Shown here in pieces: positions 43,001-51,298 of a stretch of 64,000 nucleotides of DNA (its first letter is position 1; every line of letters starts with the position of its first letter). The notes below the pieces were generated by a model. The model saw only the letters and a program-made list of their open reading frames with translations. It did no database searches and was not told the origin of the DNA. Source of the DNA: Promethearchaeota archaeon (GTDB taxonomy: Archaea; Asgardarchaeota; Lokiarchaeia; Sigyniarchaeales; SOKP01); the NCBI GenBank assembly GCA_029838195.1, contig JALGVJ010000042.1, positions 1 through 64,000 on the forward strand, written 5' to 3'. Position numbers and translations under genes: made by a program.

Positions 43001-43973
43001 GACCAACACGAAAATGATTATCGATGGGATCAAATAAATAATTCAAATACGCATGAAAATTTTCCATGTTTATAGAATTAAGGGAATCGAGTAATGCTAA
43101 AGCTTTAAGTGAATAAAATGATGCATATAAATTAGTTTCATCAATCTGCATGGTGTTAAATTCTTCATCGAGGTCATTAAAAAAACCTCCTAAATGTTTT
43201 CCCTGATCATTATATTGTAAACTCTGCAGAAATTGAATGAGTTCATTTCTTTGAGTCGTGTAGTTCAGCCAATCTTCTAATAAAAGATCCAAAACCTTAA
43301 TGGCGTAATACGTGTTATCTGCTGTCGAGAGGTTTAAGAAATTCCCTAGATTTTCGTTATAAGGCATACCAATGAATCCAGAGCTCATGGGATTATAGCA
43401 ACTCCAGATGAAATCAATCATTTTTTGAGAGTTAATTTGATCTAATTCTTCTAGAAGATCTAAGGATAAAATAGCATAACAATTAATTTCTAAGGGGGAG
43501 CTTAACCAGTAATACTTGTTTTTATCAGGGTCCATGTCTAAATATCGTTTTGAGCATGAATCTGAAAAGATTCCTGAAATGGGATCATAAAAGGATAAAA
43601 GATAACTCGTGATTTTTGACTTGTTGACGAGATCTAATTTATCAATATCATGATAAATAGATAAAGCATAATACGTTGCTTGTATCGTAGTGGGATGGTT
43701 CTCCGGATAATATCCTAATTCTTCGAAATCATTTAATTTTGTTAAACGCACATCTTCCATTATTTCATTTGTATAATTGAAAAAACTACTAGAGGAAGTT
43801 TTTAGCTCATTATTTATTTTATGGCGCTCCTCATTATAATTAATGGGGTTTATAAGTGTTTCATTATCGGGGGCTTGAAAGTTAGAACTTACGGGAGATC
43901 CATAAGGAATCGAGAAAATTAAAAAATAATTAAGGATTATTGTAAAAACTAAAATTCTTTTTTTACGGTTCAT
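40056..43973 (-). CDS. Membrane-anchored surface protein with prenyltransferase/squalene-oxidase-type alpha/alpha repeats and Ig-like domains
   Basis: Signal peptide; repeats SSGF...TADNTYYAIKVL, GGFF...NLYASFYSLKAL, GGFF...EHAFYVIKSL; three NDxxGN Ig-like units; C-terminal TM. Confidence 0.82.
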   Translation of the reverse strand: MNRKKRILVFTIILNYFLIFSIPYGSPVSSNFQAPDNETLINPINYNEERHKINNELKTSSSSFFNYTNEIMEDVRLTKLNDFEELGYYPENHPTTIQATYYALSIYHDIDKLDLVNKSKITSYLLSFYDPISGIFSDSCSKRYLDMDPDKNKYYWLSSPLEINCYAILSLDLLEELDQINSQKMIDFIWSCYNPMSSGFIGMPYNENLGNFLNLSTADNTYYAIKVLDLLLEDWLNYTTQRNELIQFLQSLQYNDQGKHLGGFFNDLDEEFNTMQIDETNLYASFYSLKALALLDSLNSINMENFHAYLNYLFDPIDNHFRVGPQNKYFSFDYWGILATAIGLELLNLTACFQINASQVGEYLVNHRNSLGIWDKSSAISHHEIFYTYHVLQALRNSGLINSLSTVDKNQIYNALDLYHSQHGYALLSQDYPSQVLYNSLITVFDYHDQLEQLNLSYIYSNIMNSYKTIPILNNQYFYMYTNFDSDEEYFQTFPIEYYSLGTHEHFHEINMVHNPESTFLALDTLNKIGSLDAFASNANLTALMNGLIECQFLDSQYPNNGGFFPDNLMRYLDPSLQNKYVYPEHAFYVIKSLDLLATFLGIGNVTDLPLDMDALTTYILHHGFENSTIFCFQPFYTNTTTEILKTTYYFTWILRILDRYDLNSTKIKNYLERVLNYENLENVYYSYKISQLLNLNLEFNYTALRALVTSLYSESQHEFLKTPSSSDVHHEYLAWLTEMAMNSPPKLHVIYSKTIPLEASNTLTAGYFNMVMLENRENITMKFESPQLGLIPLVKQPNGCHEAQIFVPYSSQNYPIISGMIKVYNNLEFQEEVEIFFNTTYEIEYQESHLKNSNNLLIYFNISIVTGFNTHDLSESFVHVNLSRNNVLIKTLQPNFTHQGNYSEYYLNYTVPEAGTYRFEIYIVNDFESSPIYLFTIKEIFMNILSPPPFEIFGENPPFFVLDVRIENLSKIWYTIENNLLTYPFIENGTINEPAWNTLDNGSIYITFHVNDTQGNQDDETIIINKNLSPPLINIINPADEKIHGQIAPHCEVEINSSLANAYLEDAWYVLDDGIHIRGPVYFENSSDIFISQNIWEEMNDGLINITFFANDSLGNLGTKMLKIYKDTTLPKISIIQPLQAELFHEQPPQFQIFIEELHVDSGWYFLSNGTYSSPFNYLNFSLFQNNGSQITHAGIIDQVSWNLFQNDTINIIFQVNDTAGNLDEEIVFVYKIIHYNTTQPTIIENTPKEESNPKNEEEQSLDTSLTNQSSIIGLSQIAFGLIFLISPCAIIGLSTILKKNRQK

Positions 43974-44019
43974 GTTTTAAATCCTTGAATTTATTCCTAT
44001 AGGAAGAATACCCCGAATA

Positions 44020-44038
44020 TATTTAAAGAAAAAATGAG
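44020..44038 (-). promoter_or_regulatory. Shared non-canonical promoter CTCATTTTTTCTTTAAATA
   Basis: About 47 bp upstream of ATG 43973, correct orientation. Confidence 0.65.
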
Positions 44039-44057
44039 ATCTAATAGGAAAATATCA

Positions 44058-44414
44058 TTAATGATATCCTCTTAAAATACCTTCATTCATCTCCGAAAAA
44101 AATATGAAAAAATCTAGGTTTAATAAAATAGCACCCAAAAAAAGCAGAAGAAAACCTCTAACCATTGTTTTTAAGCCCCTTGAAGATTGAGTGCAAAAAA
44201 TAGAGATGAGTCCCCATATCAGCATGAATCCTCCTATAATCATTATTATTCTCGCAATTGACGATATAAAATTCTCAATTAATGAATTTGGTAAAAATCC
44301 AAAATTATTTCTCCATGTTTTCTCCAAAATGGGATAAAAAATAATAAAAATAACTACGATTAAAAAAAAAATCCAAATGTAATGCCTTTTCTTTTTGGTA
44401 CTATTAGAATTCAA
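44058..44414 (-). CDS. Small three-TM membrane protein (pilin-like hairpin possible)
   Basis: 118 aa; TM, amphipathic helix, then TM-short basic loop-TM. Confidence 0.7.
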   Translation of the reverse strand: MNSNSTKKKRHYIWIFFLIVVIFIIFYPILEKTWRNNFGFLPNSLIENFISSIARIIMIIGGFMLIWGLISIFCTQSSRGLKTMVRGFLLLFLGAILLNLDFFIFFSEMNEGILRGYH

Positions 44415-44476
44415 TTAGATTCCCTTATTAATTTATTAATATTTCTTTTTTCATCAATAGCAATTAATCATGAAAT

Positions 44477-44492
44477 TATTTAAAGAAAAAAC
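44477..44492 (-). promoter_or_regulatory. Shared non-canonical promoter GTTTTTTCTTTAAATA
   Basis: About 63 bp upstream of start 44414, correct orientation. Confidence 0.6.
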
Positions 44493-44517
44493 AGTATTCA
44501 AGGCAAAAGTTTTCAGT

Positions 44518-44730
44518 CAAAATTAGCAATATTCGGTGAATAGTTGTCCTACAAGAAAAATCTGTATTTCCGCATCATTCTCCGAAATCATTCACTGTTC
44601 CTTGAATCATTCGAGCACCATTCCTAAACTCTTCAATGGCAATTGCATTTGCTATGCCAGAACCATCATGTGCATGAATGCCAAGGGGGATCTTTCCGAT
44701 AAATTCTCTTACTTCTTTGAAAAGGGTTGA
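44518..44730 (-). pseudogene. Relic of a DRE-TIM metallolyase (citramalate / isopropylmalate synthase family)
   Basis: Minus-strand translation IPLGIHAHDGSGIANAIAIEEFRNGARMIQGTVNDFGE*CGNTD matches family motif GIHAHND...QGTINGxGERCGN; R replaced by TGA at 44575-44577. Confidence 0.8.
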
Positions 44731-45132
44731 ATTTTATGAGAATTTTTAAAATTAGAATTTCTTTCATTTACTAACTTAAAATAGTTAAATTGATATTATT
44801 TATCGAAATGAGGTCTTGAAATAACTAATATACATAGCTATACCTTTTTATTAATAATAATTTATTTTAGAAATTCTAATTCATAAAAATAGGACTATAA
44901 ATGATTTATTAATTTAATTTAATATTCTAAAATTAAAAATTGAGATATTTGATAAATTAAAAAAAAGTAAGAGTGATTAGAATCAAATAACAAATTTTTA
45001 TCCTAAATGTGGTAATAAAGTAGATTCTGATGTTAAATTTTATAGTTATTGTAGAACTATCTTAACAAGTAACCAAATACGAGAAGAATTTCCGGTTCAC
45101 AGAATCGATTTGGTTTCTTTATGCACTCCTTA

Positions 45133-46000
45133 CTAATCATCTCCCGAGACACAAATCTCTGAAACAAAATTACCGGTGAGATATGCTGACTTTAGAGAGC
45201 GATTTATTGCTTTCATTATTGAAACTGCTTCCTCAGTTTTAAAAGCTAATTCCGCATCATATAAATAATTCCAAGTATGGAAATACCCAGCTTCTCTTCG
45301 AGGAAAAATAATCATATTGTAAGATTTTTATTGATTTGCCCGTTTTTTCATCTCGCGCTATATATGCGGGATGATCTTCATAAATGCGGTTAGGATTTTG
45401 ATATCCTTTAACTTATTGTACAGATACTAAAACAGTATCCACATTAGAATTATGCGGAGAATTTAAGGCCGTGATTAAACCTGGAGCATATTGTCCCTCT
45501 TGAAAGAGTAGGCAATTGCTTCTTTTTTCAAGAATACCCAGTGCTTTTAAAGATTCATTCGCAAGTTTTAAATTCATTTCAAAAACATCTTGAGGATATG
45601 CGTAAAAAAGTTGGCTGTAATGCAATACGCACATTAATTTCATTTGATTTCTTTCTAATAATTTATTAGTAAGTTCCTCAATCTCTCCATATTCAGAATC
45701 CGTGTAAATTTTTAACATCATTTCAGCTTCACATTCTATTGTAAATTTCCAATTAGGATGCCTATCATAGAGTTTTAATAAATCATAATTTGGCTCTCTG
45801 ATTATTTTTTCTTCTACCTCTTCTAATCCTAAACGATAATCGATATTAAAGTGATAAAACAAGGTTGTACATCTTGGAAGTAGACTTGGGAACCCTTTGA
45901 TGTTTCCAATTACAATTAAATTCAAAATACTAAAAATAATAAAAGAAATAGCAATTTTATGGTATAAATTCTTCTTTTTTTTCTTTTAGGACTATTCACA
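45133..46000 (-). pseudogene. Glycoside hydrolase family 57-like pseudogene
   Basis: YHFN, WKFTIE, HYSQ, FQEGQY; premature TAA at 45413-45415, frameshift in a T-run near 45304, frameshifted N-terminus, truncated. Confidence 0.65.
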
Positions 46001-46083
46001 ACATTATATTAGATCTAAAAAAAATTAATATGTTTTCCCCTAATTTAATTTTATCCTTTACTTGCCATCTTGCCAAATAAACT

Positions 46084-46608
46084 TTAAATAATTCCCCAAA
46101 ATTTAACTTCTTCTTTATATTTTTCATATTCTTCTCCAAATTTCTCAAGGTTAACTTGTTCTTCCCATTTTGAACTAAAAATGCATAAAATGAAAGAAAT
46201 GATCATAAAAATGATGGTAAAATATGAGGGAATCCAGATTAATACGCCTATATTGGCAATAGCACATCCGAAATACATGGGATGACGCATGTATTTAAAC
46301 CATCCTTTTTTAATGACAATCGTAGTATTTTCCCAATTTTTTCCTTGACCGAACTTTTTCATTATGATAAGTTGGCTGATAAAAATAAAAAATCCAACAG
46401 CGATTATCAAGAGACCGAATATTGTTGTAATACTATTCTGATAAAATTTATTAAAATATTGTCCAATGAATGACCCCGTGAAATAAAAAATCAATGCTAA
46501 AGCAGCAGTTATCTCATATTTAATCTTCATTTTTATTCCATTAAGTAACCAGTGGAGACAAAATCCCATCATTATTATCCATGCAATAAGCGGAAATAAA
46601 TCAAACAT
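46084..46608 (-). CDS. Isoprenylcysteine carboxyl methyltransferase / PEMT-family membrane protein
   Basis: GWFKYMRHPMYFG and EE...KFGEEYEKYKEEV. Confidence 0.88.
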   Translation of the reverse strand: MFDLFPLIAWIIMMGFCLHWLLNGIKMKIKYEITAALALIFYFTGSFIGQYFNKFYQNSITTIFGLLIIAVGFFIFISQLIIMKKFGQGKNWENTTIVIKKGWFKYMRHPMYFGCAIANIGVLIWIPSYFTIIFMIISFILCIFSSKWEEQVNLEKFGEEYEKYKEEVKFWGII

Positions 46609-46777
46609 TTAACATTCTCACCTCATTTTTTCTTATTTTAAAATTTTTAATTAATATAATTTAAATAGTCAGAGCTAAATATTTAAACTTCATCATTCAG
46701 ATTGAAATATTTAAATTAAATGTTGCATAATTATTAATAAAAAATAGGATGATAGGTAAATTTAAATAAAATATGCC

Positions 46778-47413
46778 ATGGTAAAAAAGAGATTTACACC
46801 GCTAAAGACATTTATTTTAGGCGTTTTTATAACTTATAATAAGGAAATGAGCGGTTATGAATTAATTAAAACTGCTGAAGAATGGCGTTATGATCATTTT
46901 ATCAATGCTACTAAAGCTTCTTTTTATTATACACTCAAAAAATTGCAAAAAGAAGGCTATATTAAAGAAAAAGAAATTAAAAAAGAGGGAAATCGTCCCG
47001 AACAGACAATTTATACATTAAATCCTAAAGGAAGAAAAGAATTCGAAAAACAAATGGAGTATTTTCTTAATAAAGTTGAAGAATTATATTTTGACCTCGA
47101 TGTAATTACCCCATTTATTCTTCTTTTCGGTTTTTCTAAAAGTAAGGAATATCTTATTAATGCTTTAAATAAACAAATCAAAACAAGGAAAAAGTATAAT
47201 CAACATATTAATGAGGGAAAAAGATATGTTCAATCCCATGAATTGTATGGTTTGAATCCATTTATGATATTACCCATTCAGCATTTTGAACTCCATAATA
47301 ATGCCGAAATACAATGGTTAATTCAATTTCGCGAATTAATAAAAAATATTGATTTTGAAGCAAACATTAAAAAAATAATGAAAAAAAAGTCTAAAGGTGT
47401 CATTATTTCTTAA
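46778..47413 (+). CDS. PadR-family transcriptional regulator
   Basis: MSGYEL, ASFYYTLKKLQKEGYI, GNRPEQTIYTLNPKG, AEIQWL. Confidence 0.9.
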   Translation: MVKKRFTPLKTFILGVFITYNKEMSGYELIKTAEEWRYDHFINATKASFYYTLKKLQKEGYIKEKEIKKEGNRPEQTIYTLNPKGRKEFEKQMEYFLNKVEELYFDLDVITPFILLFGFSKSKEYLINALNKQIKTRKKYNQHINEGKRYVQSHELYGLNPFMILPIQHFELHNNAEIQWLIQFRELIKNIDFEANIKKIMKKKSKGVIIS

Positions 47414-47843
47414 TAACAAGGCAATTTAATTTTCAAAAAGATAACCACTTCAATATTTAAATATTATAATAATAAAAAATATCTTTTAAAGAATCCATAA
47501 AAAAAACCGAAAAATTATTTTGTATGTGGTGGAAAAATAATATTTCATTCTAATAAAGAGCATTATAAATGCCAAAAATGTAATACTATTATTTCCTCGG
47601 AAATATTTAGAAAACCTCTTAACTCTAAAAAAAATGCGAAATAGAACTTTCCGCTTCTAAAACTTTTGTTTGCAATGCTTGGAGCAACTTATTTATTTTA
47701 TCTTTTAATGAGAATCTTTATTTTTTAAAAAATGAGATCTCATAAAGTAGATCATTATTAATTCATTTAAATTTAATTAATGAATCATCTTTAATTGAAT
47801 TAATCATGTTATTTATTTAAATTAAACGAGGAGATTTATTAAA

Positions 47844-48409
47844 ATGAGCTATGTTTTAGATACTATTATCGCGATTTCTAGCGGTTGTGTCAGTAATTTA
47901 GGGGTTCTTTTTCAAAAAAAAGTAATTAATGATTATAAAAACAATCCGGAATTTCTAAAAAATTTAATAAAAAGTCCAATTTAGATATTTGGACTCATAT
48001 TGCAGCTTATCATAGGAGGAGTAATTTTGTATATGATTGCTCAAGTATTTTTAAGCCCCACTCCCGTTCCGGGTTTAATGAGCGCCGGATTAATTGTTTT
48101 AGTGTTAGGATCAATAAAAATCATTAAGGAAAAATTTCGAATAATAGAATTATTAGGTAGCATTCTCATGGGGATCGGTATATTAATGCTTAATTTAAGT
48201 AGACTATCCATTGACATGTCAGCGTACAACATTTTAGAGCTTGATTTTGTAATCAGAATAACGATTTTTACACTTTTAATATTTATCATCATATTCTCGA
48301 TTCAATATATATCAAAGTATTATATAAAAGGGAGAGGAGTCTGTTTTCCCATAAAATCCGGATTTAGCTACTCCTTAGGTTCTATTTGGATTGGACCTAT
48401 CATTACTTT
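47844..48409 (+). pseudogene. DMT/NIPA-like transporter pseudogene
   Basis: ATG 47844 MSYVLDTIIAISSGCVSNLGVLFQKK...KSPI*IFGL is in frame with ORF 48000; TAG at 47982-47984 where Trp is expected; 3' end cut by an IS relic. Confidence 0.75.
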
Positions 48410-48630
48410 TATAACTATTTATGATGCATTAAATAATTTCGTAAAATTGCACTGCGTTTTAATTTCCGTGGAGGCATGTTTATATTTTCTAATAAATTTA
48501 AAGATTGCCCGTTGAAATTCCTTAAACGTGCTAAAAAAAGTATCATGGGTGACTTTTTTGCGTAAAAACTTCCAAAACCACTCCATTTAAAGTTTTAGCG
48601 TAATGCGCACGAGCATTATCCAAATCAGTT
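48410..48630 (-). mobile_element. IS630-family transposase remnant (3' end, internally deleted)
   Basis: Minus strand encodes LDNARAHYAK and, in another frame, EWFWKFLRKKVTHDTFFSTFKEFQRAIFKF...FNAS*; ends at TATA (48410), consistent with a TA target. Confidence 0.8.
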
Positions 48631-48760
48631 CTGGTACTTATTAATCAAAAATATTCATTTAACGAATCAAAAAAAAAGTCATAAAAAAATTAAACTTCAT
48701 TTATGATTTGTAAAAGCTATAAAGCATTTGGAGGAGATAATTCAAATACTACAAAATATG

Positions 48761-49120
48761 TTAATTTCCCTCTAAAATCATTAAAATATTTTCTTTAATT
48801 TCTTCTATATTTTGTATTTTCAAGGATTTTTTTGAGTTTGAAAGGTCTGATCTCATGGGTTTATTATAAGGTCTATTGTTTTTTTGGAGTAATTCCGTGA
48901 TAATGAAAAAATTTAGGAGGTCCTGATTTGAAATTTCTCCGGATTGTTTTTTCTTTCCTAAAAGTTTTAAATTCTTGCCTTGATTCCCCCGTTTTTTTAA
49001 TCTTAAGAACAAATATAATCCTAAACCGAGAACTATAATAATTAATGTTCCTACAGGATTTTCCTGATAATAAATGAAAAGTGCAATGAAGAGCATTACA
49101 TAACAAAAGAATTTATCCAT
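48761..49120 (-). CDS. Small membrane protein (two N-terminal TM)
   Basis: 119 aa; aggtga SD-like sequence upstream. Confidence 0.7.
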   Translation of the reverse strand: MDKFFCYVMLFIALFIYYQENPVGTLIIIVLGLGLYLFLRLKKRGNQGKNLKLLGKKKQSGEISNQDLLNFFIITELLQKNNRPYNKPMRSDLSNSKKSLKIQNIEEIKENILMILEGN

Positions 49121-49526
49121 TTCTTAGATTTCACCTTTTTTAAAATTTTATTGAGTAAAGGTAAAAAGCCAAATATATTCTTTTTGTATTAGTAGATGTT
49201 TGTTTGATTTTTATTTTTAGAAGCATGTTTAAAATGAACTTTAAAATTCTTTCCATGATAAAAAATAGTTTTAAATATATTTAATAAAAAAACAAAAAAT
49301 TCACGATAAATCAAAAAATTCACGGATAGTACTTTTTTAAATAGCATCCATGATTTTCATGATCGTTAAATCGTTTTCACGATTTAGGAAATGAAAGGGA
49401 TATTGTTAAAAGATAGATTTAAATTCCGAGATCATTATCTCGAAATCCGATTAAAATCAGGTTTATCATGTACTCATCCATTTAGAAACAATTCAAGATA
49501 ATTTTTAGTTAAAATGGTGGAAAAAA

Positions 49527-50492
49527 ATGATGGTTAAAAATAATAAAAAAATTATGAATTTCATGATCGATTCTCATTTAGAATGTGATCAATGCGGTTC
49601 TAAGAACATAATTGAAACTGAAGAAGGCTATGCATGTCGTGACTGTGGAATCGTGTTAGCGCTCCAACGAATAAAAAACTATTTACCATTTGATGAGAAA
49701 CAGCTTCAAAATGCACCTCCAGGCTCAACTCAAATAGGCTTCAAACAAGAGCGCATGCAGTCTCCTCGAGTGCTACAATTCAATCGAATGGTAAAATTAA
49801 ATGCAATAAAAAGAAGTGAGGAGAGAGCAATGAAAATTGCTGAAAAAGAAATCAGCCGGATTCTCGAAGCCTTACAAATCAATTTTGATGAGAGGGAAAA
49901 AAGAAATATCCTTGAACACGTGATGAGAATAAGACAAAATATAAAAAAAGGTACTAAATATCGTAATTTGGAGAAACTGGTTCCCATTATTTTACACGTG
50001 TATTGCAAACTTCATAATATTTCTATTAATAGTAAAGAGTTATTAGAAATCTCGAACATCACTAAAAATGAATTTACTTCTTTTTTAAGACAAATTCATT
50101 ATTATTTTCCAAGATATCAATCAAGAAATCGCCAAAAATATATTGCTCAAAAGATCTTAGAAGTCACCGAACATTTCAAGTTGGGAATGAATTTTTATCA
50201 TCAAGCTATGAGGTTAATGAAGGTACTATGGAATTCAATTCAATTTACTAAAGATGATGTGATTGCAGGTATTGTTTGCTCAATTACAGTTCTTTGTAAT
50301 TATAGAGATTGCGTGAAAGTAAAATATATCTGTGATAAATTAAATATTCGCATGAGTACCATTCAAGCCCAAATTAAGAGGAACATCTTTGAAAAAATGA
50401 AAATCGACGGATTTACATCCCTCATCCAATCTGCAGATCTCTTAAAAAATGTAATGAATGAAGCAGGGTACTTAAACGTTCATAAAAAATAA
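49527..50492 (+). CDS. Divergent TFB (TFIIB) paralogue
   Basis: Zn ribbon CDQCGS...GYACRDCG; cyclin repeats (EISRILEALQI, EKLVPIILHVYCK, DVIAGIVC); altered HTH VKVKYICDKLNIRMSTIQAQIKR. Confidence 0.85.
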   Translation: MMVKNNKKIMNFMIDSHLECDQCGSKNIIETEEGYACRDCGIVLALQRIKNYLPFDEKQLQNAPPGSTQIGFKQERMQSPRVLQFNRMVKLNAIKRSEERAMKIAEKEISRILEALQINFDEREKRNILEHVMRIRQNIKKGTKYRNLEKLVPIILHVYCKLHNISINSKELLEISNITKNEFTSFLRQIHYYFPRYQSRNRQKYIAQKILEVTEHFKLGMNFYHQAMRLMKVLWNSIQFTKDDVIAGIVCSITVLCNYRDCVKVKYICDKLNIRMSTIQAQIKRNIFEKMKIDGFTSLIQSADLLKNVMNEAGYLNVHKK

Positions 50493-50575
50493 ATTAATGA
50501 TTTTTTCATTTATAAATTAAAAATATTTTAATGTTTAATTGAAAAAAAAAACCAAAATCATCAAAATATCTTTTT

Positions 50576-50797
50576 TTACTGGTTAATTTCAAAATTGGTA
50601 AAATTAGAAGGATGATTATAATTATTTTTAATTTTTAATTTTTGTCTTTTCTTTTGAAACTCCGGGCAAATTTGACATGTTTGGACTTTACAAAATAGAG
50701 GGTTTTTTGGTAATATACAACTATCGTGAAAAGGACAATTTAATATTATATTTTCTATTTCCTTGTTCTCTATATTGCTCATGATTACGCTTACCAT
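50576..50797 (-). CDS. Small cysteine-rich protein
   Basis: CPFHDSC...FCKVQTCQICPEF (5 Cys). Confidence 0.6.
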   Translation of the reverse strand: MVSVIMSNIENKEIENIILNCPFHDSCILPKNPLFCKVQTCQICPEFQKKRQKLKIKNNYNHPSNFTNFEINQ

Positions 50798-51182
50798 TTT
50801 TGATTCAAGGTTTTATCTATTTCTTTAAGTGATTGCGCGATAAAAAAGTGAAGAATCTTTATTTTTACATTCATTTTTCGCTCTTAAAATGAATTTAACA
50901 ATGATTAAATAATATTTTCATTTAGAATTACGATCATATTGTTTCAATTCTTTATTAAGAGCACAACTCTGAAGATTTATCGTTATTTCAAAATTAAAAA
51001 AGAATATAGAATATCTTTAAAATAAATTCTTGTTCTTTAAATTTTAAATATCCAATGTTTCTATTAATATGATTCCAATAAGAGGAAGTCCAATGAATAC
51101 CATCAAAATTCATGAATTCTCGTGAATTATTAACGCCCAAATTAAAGATTTGTTCATTCATGAAAGAAATTACCTTTCTTTT

Positions 51183-51235
51183 TATTTAAAGAAAAAATCC
51201 TCTTCTCTTTCTATTCTTAATTTTTTCTTTAAATA
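51183..51235. promoter_or_regulatory. Back-to-back pair of the shared promoter ATTTTTTCTTTAAATA (perfect 16-bp inverted repeat)
   Basis: TATTTAAAGAAAAAAT at 51183-51198 and ATTTTTTCTTTAAATA at 51220-51235; the plus copy precedes GNAT gene 51299. Confidence 0.7.
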
Positions 51236-51298
51236 GAATGGAGGGATCTAATCTTCAAGAAAAAATTAATTAAAAATACATCAAATAGAGAAATTTAA

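Noticed and set aside
44575-44577. In-frame TGA next to Cys as possible selenocysteine
   Set aside because: It aligns to the Arg of the GERCGN motif (probably CGA or AGA to TGA) in an isolated fragment
44536-44730. Cys-rich 64-aa plus-strand ORF
   Set aside because: Antisense shadow of the DRE-TIM metallolyase relic
40056-46608. Eukaryote-like CAAX prenylation pathway (prenyltransferase-like + ICMT-like genes)
   Set aside because: The prenyltransferase-like domain is extracellular, the ICMT-like gene sits in the unrelated decayed segment with its own PadR, and the window's GTPase has no CAAX end
47982-47984. In-frame TAG as possible pyrrolysine
   Set aside because: It sits where Trp (TGG) is expected, and the gene is also truncated by an IS relic; simple nonsense mutation
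48410-48515. C-terminus of ORF 48000..48515 as genuine transporter sequence
   Set aside because: It is read-through into the antisense strand of the IS630 remnant
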